This document shows, piece after piece, positions 59,576-64,000 of a stretch of DNA of 64,000 nucleotides (positions are counted from its first letter, which is position 1; the number at the start of each line of letters is the position of its first letter). The notes beneath the pieces were generated by a model. It was not told the DNA's origin and did not search any database. It worked only from the letters and a program-made list of their open reading frames with translations. The DNA comes from Carcharhinus longimanus (lineage: Eukaryota): the NCBI GenBank assembly GCA_030264375.1, contig JASCQW010000166.1, positions 15,344,512 to 15,408,511 of the forward strand, read 5' to 3'. The position numbers and the translations under genes were made by a program.

Positions 59576-60719
59576 GTTCTGCTTTAGGGGGAAACCTAGA
59601 AAAAAAGAAACAGCTGTGAGGGCAACTGGCAGGTGTATCAGAATCACTATTCATACCTCTTGGAGATGAGAAATGGAACAGTGATGCAGGCTGCCTTTTT
59701 GTTCATTTCAACTGGTGCACAAGAGAGAGAAAGCAAACTAACTTGGTTTGTGCAGGAAATAAAGGGAAAAGTAAGCCAAGCATGAGTTCAATGGCATCAC
59801 TGCGTTTGATAAATATTGCAAAAAGTCCATCCCCTCACATTTCCATGATTGAATATTTCTGAAGTAGTCCCCTGACTTCTGAGTGATCTGTCAGCACAGC
59901 AGTGTGTGTGTCTCCCAGAGAAATATGTCAGTATTTGTTATCTGGCTTAACTTGTTCCATAAGGTGGTTCACTGATTGTCCTGGCTTGGGTTTCAAATAT
60001 CGCTCACAGCACTGAGTAAAAATCCTGTAGCGTTTCAGTCTTTTGAGCTCTCAAACCAGTCCATTTATCCAGGGATAATTGATTCTGAAGCCATCCGGTT
60101 TAAGTAGATTGTTATTGACATGGGTTAGAGAGCTCCAGTCCCTGAGGCAGTTAGGTCAGAATGTCAGTTTCCCATAGATCCATCCTGCCCTGTGTACACA
60201 CCATGGCAGTCTGGCCATACACTGCTTCAAGGATTCTGCCCTGCAGCTGAAATGGATGGAGGACGTATTACTGGTGAAGATGCTAGTGTGTGCTTATTTC
60301 ATTTAAAACAATGTCACTTTGGCAGTGCATATACCATGATCAGTCATTTCAACAAGAATTGTACGTTTATTGGCTGACAAGAGAGCAATTATACAGATAA
60401 CCTGTGCCATTTAATATAAAGCTCTTTTACCAGTATGCCTTGTATGTTTCCTGTGTTGAGCAAAAGACAGCGTGGGCTTACTGGCGCGGAAACTGATCTT
60501 ACTTTCTGAGTATCACTTTCATTCAGTTTGAAGCACAAATTAAAGGCTAGCTTTCTCAGGCCCACTTTGTACATCTTGATGAAAAACCGTATTGACGTGG
60601 ATGGTCTAGATGCATGTTCAAACTGGCCGTTATCCCCCGCCGCACAGTAGTGCATCATATCTGACTCATCCTGGGTCAATCTACTTGAAGTGACTGGTAT
60701 GGTGGTCATTTTATACTGA

Positions 60720-62760
60720 TAGAATATCAATGTCCAGCTTTCCATCTATGATCCTTGATGAGGACAATAGAAGATATATTTTCAGATCAGATCTTGCAGC
60801 TTGAAGCTGGGCACCATGAGGCACAGTGGGCCATCAGCAGCAGCCAAATTGTACACCACAATATATTACTTGACGGCCCAGCATATCCTTCACCCTACCA
60901 TGACCATCAAGCCAATGGACCCAGTTCAGTGAGGAGTATAGGAGAGCATGTCATGAGCATCACCATATATCGCTAAGAATGAGGGACCGCCTGATGAAGC
61001 TACAACACCTGAGGGGTTTAAAAATGCTAAACAGCAGAACTAGCATGCCATTGATAAGCTAAACAACTCCACAGATCACACTAAAGCTCTACCACTATAC
61101 AGCTAACCAGAGGAGGCAGCTCTGCAAATACCTCCATCCTCAGTGTAAGCGTGACCCAGTGCAAACAAGGCTGAAGTTTTGCAACCATTGTCTGCTAGAA
61201 TTACTGAGTGGATGATCCCTTTTGACTTCTTCCTGAGAGTCCCAGCATCACAGATGCCAGTCTTCAGCCAGTTTGATTCACTCCATGTGATATCAAAACA
61301 TAGCTGACAGCACTGGACAAAGCAAAGCCCAAATAATATTCCAGCTGGAATACTGAAGGCATGCTTTACGATGAGAGACATGTTTCACAGTGAGCCATGT
61401 CTCTAGCTAAGTTGCTGCATCACATTTGCAATAACGCTAACATCTCCCCAAGGATGTGGAAGATTGTCCAGGTATGTACTGTGCACAAACAGAACAAACC
61501 CAATCCATCCACTTAGCACTGTAGCAATTTACTCTCGATCATTAGCAAAGTGACAAGGTATTACCAAATTATAGTGCCATCATGTGACACTTAAATCAGC
61601 AATGACCTGCTCACTGGCGGTCAGTTTGTATTTTGCCAGGAACACTGGCTTCAGACATCATTACATCAAGGGGAAACCCTCCTCTGACTGGAGTTGTACT
61701 TCAAACAAAGTAAAATGGTTGTGCTTATTGGGTGCCAATCACCTCAGTCCCGCAAGATGGCTGCAGGAGTTACACACGGTAGTATCATAGACCCCAACCA
61801 TGTTTTAGCTGCTTTATCAATGGCTGACCCTTTATTGTGAAGTCAGTATTTGGGATCTGTTTTTGATCTAATAGTGTTGGGTACCATTTGTGACTCCTTG
61901 GATACTGAATCAGTCCATGTCGCATATAACAAGACTTGGACAACATTCAGGCTTGAATTGGTAAGTGACAAGTAACATGAATGCCACACAATGCCAGCAG
62001 TAGCCATTTCTAACAAGAGGGAATCTAATCACCTCTCCTTGCCGTTCAGTGCTATTACCATCACTGAGTTCCCTCATCAACAACATGGGAGTAATCATGG
62101 AAAGAATCTTATGCAGAACAGCCAGATCAATGTTGTGGCTACAAGATTAGATCAGAAGTTGGGAATTCTGTGCTATGTGGCTTCTTGACTTTCCAAATCC
62201 TGTCCACCATCAAGGCAGAAATCAGGAATATGATGAAATACTCTGCACTTTATGAGTGCAGCTCCAACAACACCTAAGAAGCTCAACACCATTCAGGACC
62301 AAGTAACCTGCTTTATTGACACGCCATTCACCACCGCCATCATTTACTCCCTATAATAATGGCTATCGTGTGCACCATATCTACAAGATGCACTGGAGCA
62401 GCTTCCCATGGCTCCTTCAACACCATGTTCCAAATCCACAACCTCTGCCAGTTAGAATGACAAGGGCAATGGATTGATGGGAATGCCTCCACCTGCATGT
62501 TCCCCTCTGAGTTGCATACCATCTGCACTTGAAAATATACAGCCATTCCTTACACATTGCTAGGTCAAAATCCTTAAACTTCCTTTCTAACAACACGGAA
62601 TGTACCTACACCACATGGACTGCACCGGTTCAAGAAGGCCATTCACCATCACTTTGTCAAGGTAATTGGCAATGGGCAATAAGTACTTACCTTCAAATGA
62701 TACCTGTGGCCCATGTACAATTAAAATGCACTTTTCCCTGACCATGTGGAATGAGAAAAA
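60720..62760 (+). mobile_element. Second CR1-group LINE family, about 2-kb ORF2 fragment to 3' end, decayed
   Basis: aacaaggctgaagtttt (KAE), atgtggaagattgtccaggtatgt (WK.VQV), caagacttggacaacattcaggcttg, ISNKRESNHL, caaggcagaaatcagg..tgatgaaatactct, 3'UTR cggttcaagaaggcc. Confidence 0.85.
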
Positions 62761-64000
62761 TTCAATTATTTGCACTAAGTACCTTGAAATAATTCTACTG
62801 CACTTTGAAGTGATTGTGGATTCCCGGTTATAGAATAAAGCAAAGCTTCTGTCCAGAGTTGAGCAACACTATCTTGGGTTACTAGAGGTACAAACCTTTC
62901 CTGCTCTGAAGTAGGAAGGAAGCTTCACAAATACAAATGGAGCTGGGGAAGAAGTGAGGTGGACTAGTAGACTAGTTTTTTTAAAATTAGATTCTGTGCA
63001 TTCAACTTCTCCATTCTTCACTTGAGAAGTTGCTATTCAATCTTCAAAACCACTCTAAAATGTCTTGAAATAAGCTTTTACATTACAGGATTTTTAAAAA
63101 ATATAAGTTGTTGTCAGCAATACTTGGAACAGGAAGGCACAACTTGGTTTAACAGAACTGTTTGAAAGTCAGGTTGAATGTTTATCTCTTTCTCTTCCAT
63201 CTGGTTTTCCTTTCCAGGCATTCTGTGAAAGACTTGCTGTGACCCTCCTTCAGTAATAACATTTAAAAAAATCATTGCCTCAAATACAATCATGAAAAGC
63301 AGTTGAATATTTCTTTAAATGTGCTTCAGTGTTCATTACTTAATGTTCTCCACGTCCAGGCTAACATCATAGGAATAGCAGCCTTGATTCATTAAACTAC
63401 ATTCACGAAGCAGTTTATTTCAATAATAATTTGAATCAGCAAATATTTGTTTTTTGTACATGATGTCATTTTCCACGTGCTATTTGGAGTTGGTTCACGC
63501 AGCATGGGGAAAGCCATGGGCAATGCTCTCTGCTGCTACACCAATCTAGAAGAAATGTCCTTGAGCACAAATAAAATTATGGAAAAAAAATGCCGGATGG
63601 ATCTGTGAAAACCAGCTTCTGACGACAGCACAGCTGCAATGTTTGGTGTGTCAGCCTGAGCTCTCTGCTGCTGCAAGAAATAAATTCATGTCATGATATC
63701 TGAACGAGCATGATTGCTCTTTCAAAGAGCCAGCACAAATTTATTCGAATGGCTGCCTTCTGTGTTGTACATTTCTGTGATTCTGCAATGGAAAAGGGTA
63801 GCGTTTATACGGCAAACCAGAGTCTTGGCTGACCATGCTGCTGCAGTTGGTGACCTCTAGTGGTGGAAATCCAGTAGATGTGGGATGTCAAAATGAGTCA
63901 CCTTTCTGCAAATTAAAAATGAAAAAAAAAGTCCAGATGAGCATTTTCTTTAATTTCAGAATTCTCCTCTGTTGTGAAGGAAAATGATAAAGCTTACCAT

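Larger units (their letters stand above)
1294..64000 (+). other. KAT6A long intron after the first coding exon (continues beyond window)
   Basis: GT donor at 1294 (aag|gtaggt); no sequence encoding the following PIPICSFCLG/PHD segment recognised; repeat-rich throughout. Confidence 0.8.

Overview
Vertebrate genomic DNA, almost certainly from a shark (HE1-type V-SINEs, SacSINE1-like DeuSINEs, shark-type CR1/L2/Penelope repeats), in a draft assembly with ten N-gaps. The only host coding sequence I can support is the first coding exon of KAT6A (MOZ/MYST3). Its likely acceptor is at 311/312, the ATG is at 694 and a phase-0 donor follows 1293. It encodes residues 1-200, the WH1 and WH2/H15 winged-helix region. 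Everything from 1294 to 64000 appears to be one long intron (>62 kb); I did not find the next exon (PHD-finger start, PIPICSFC) by eye. The intron is filled with decayed, often nested retroelements: two CR1 lineages, L2, RTE, Rex1/Babar, Penelope, a Gypsy integrase remnant, V-SINEs with two different tails, DeuSINEs and LF-SINE-like relics. I see no intact novel gene system. The best leads are: (1) a uORF-dense 5'UTR whose first uORF would fuse in frame to the exon end if the exon were back-spliced; (2) possible truncated WH-only KAT6A isoforms; (3) candidate recursive splice sites; (4) a V-SINE head used with two LINE tails, including a nested antisense pair that forms a long hairpin; (5) internally deleted CR1 derivatives; (6) a perfect fold-back at a CR1 5' junction. 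Repeat boundaries were read by eye (about +/-10-50 bp), and family names come from recalled consensus motifs, not database searches.
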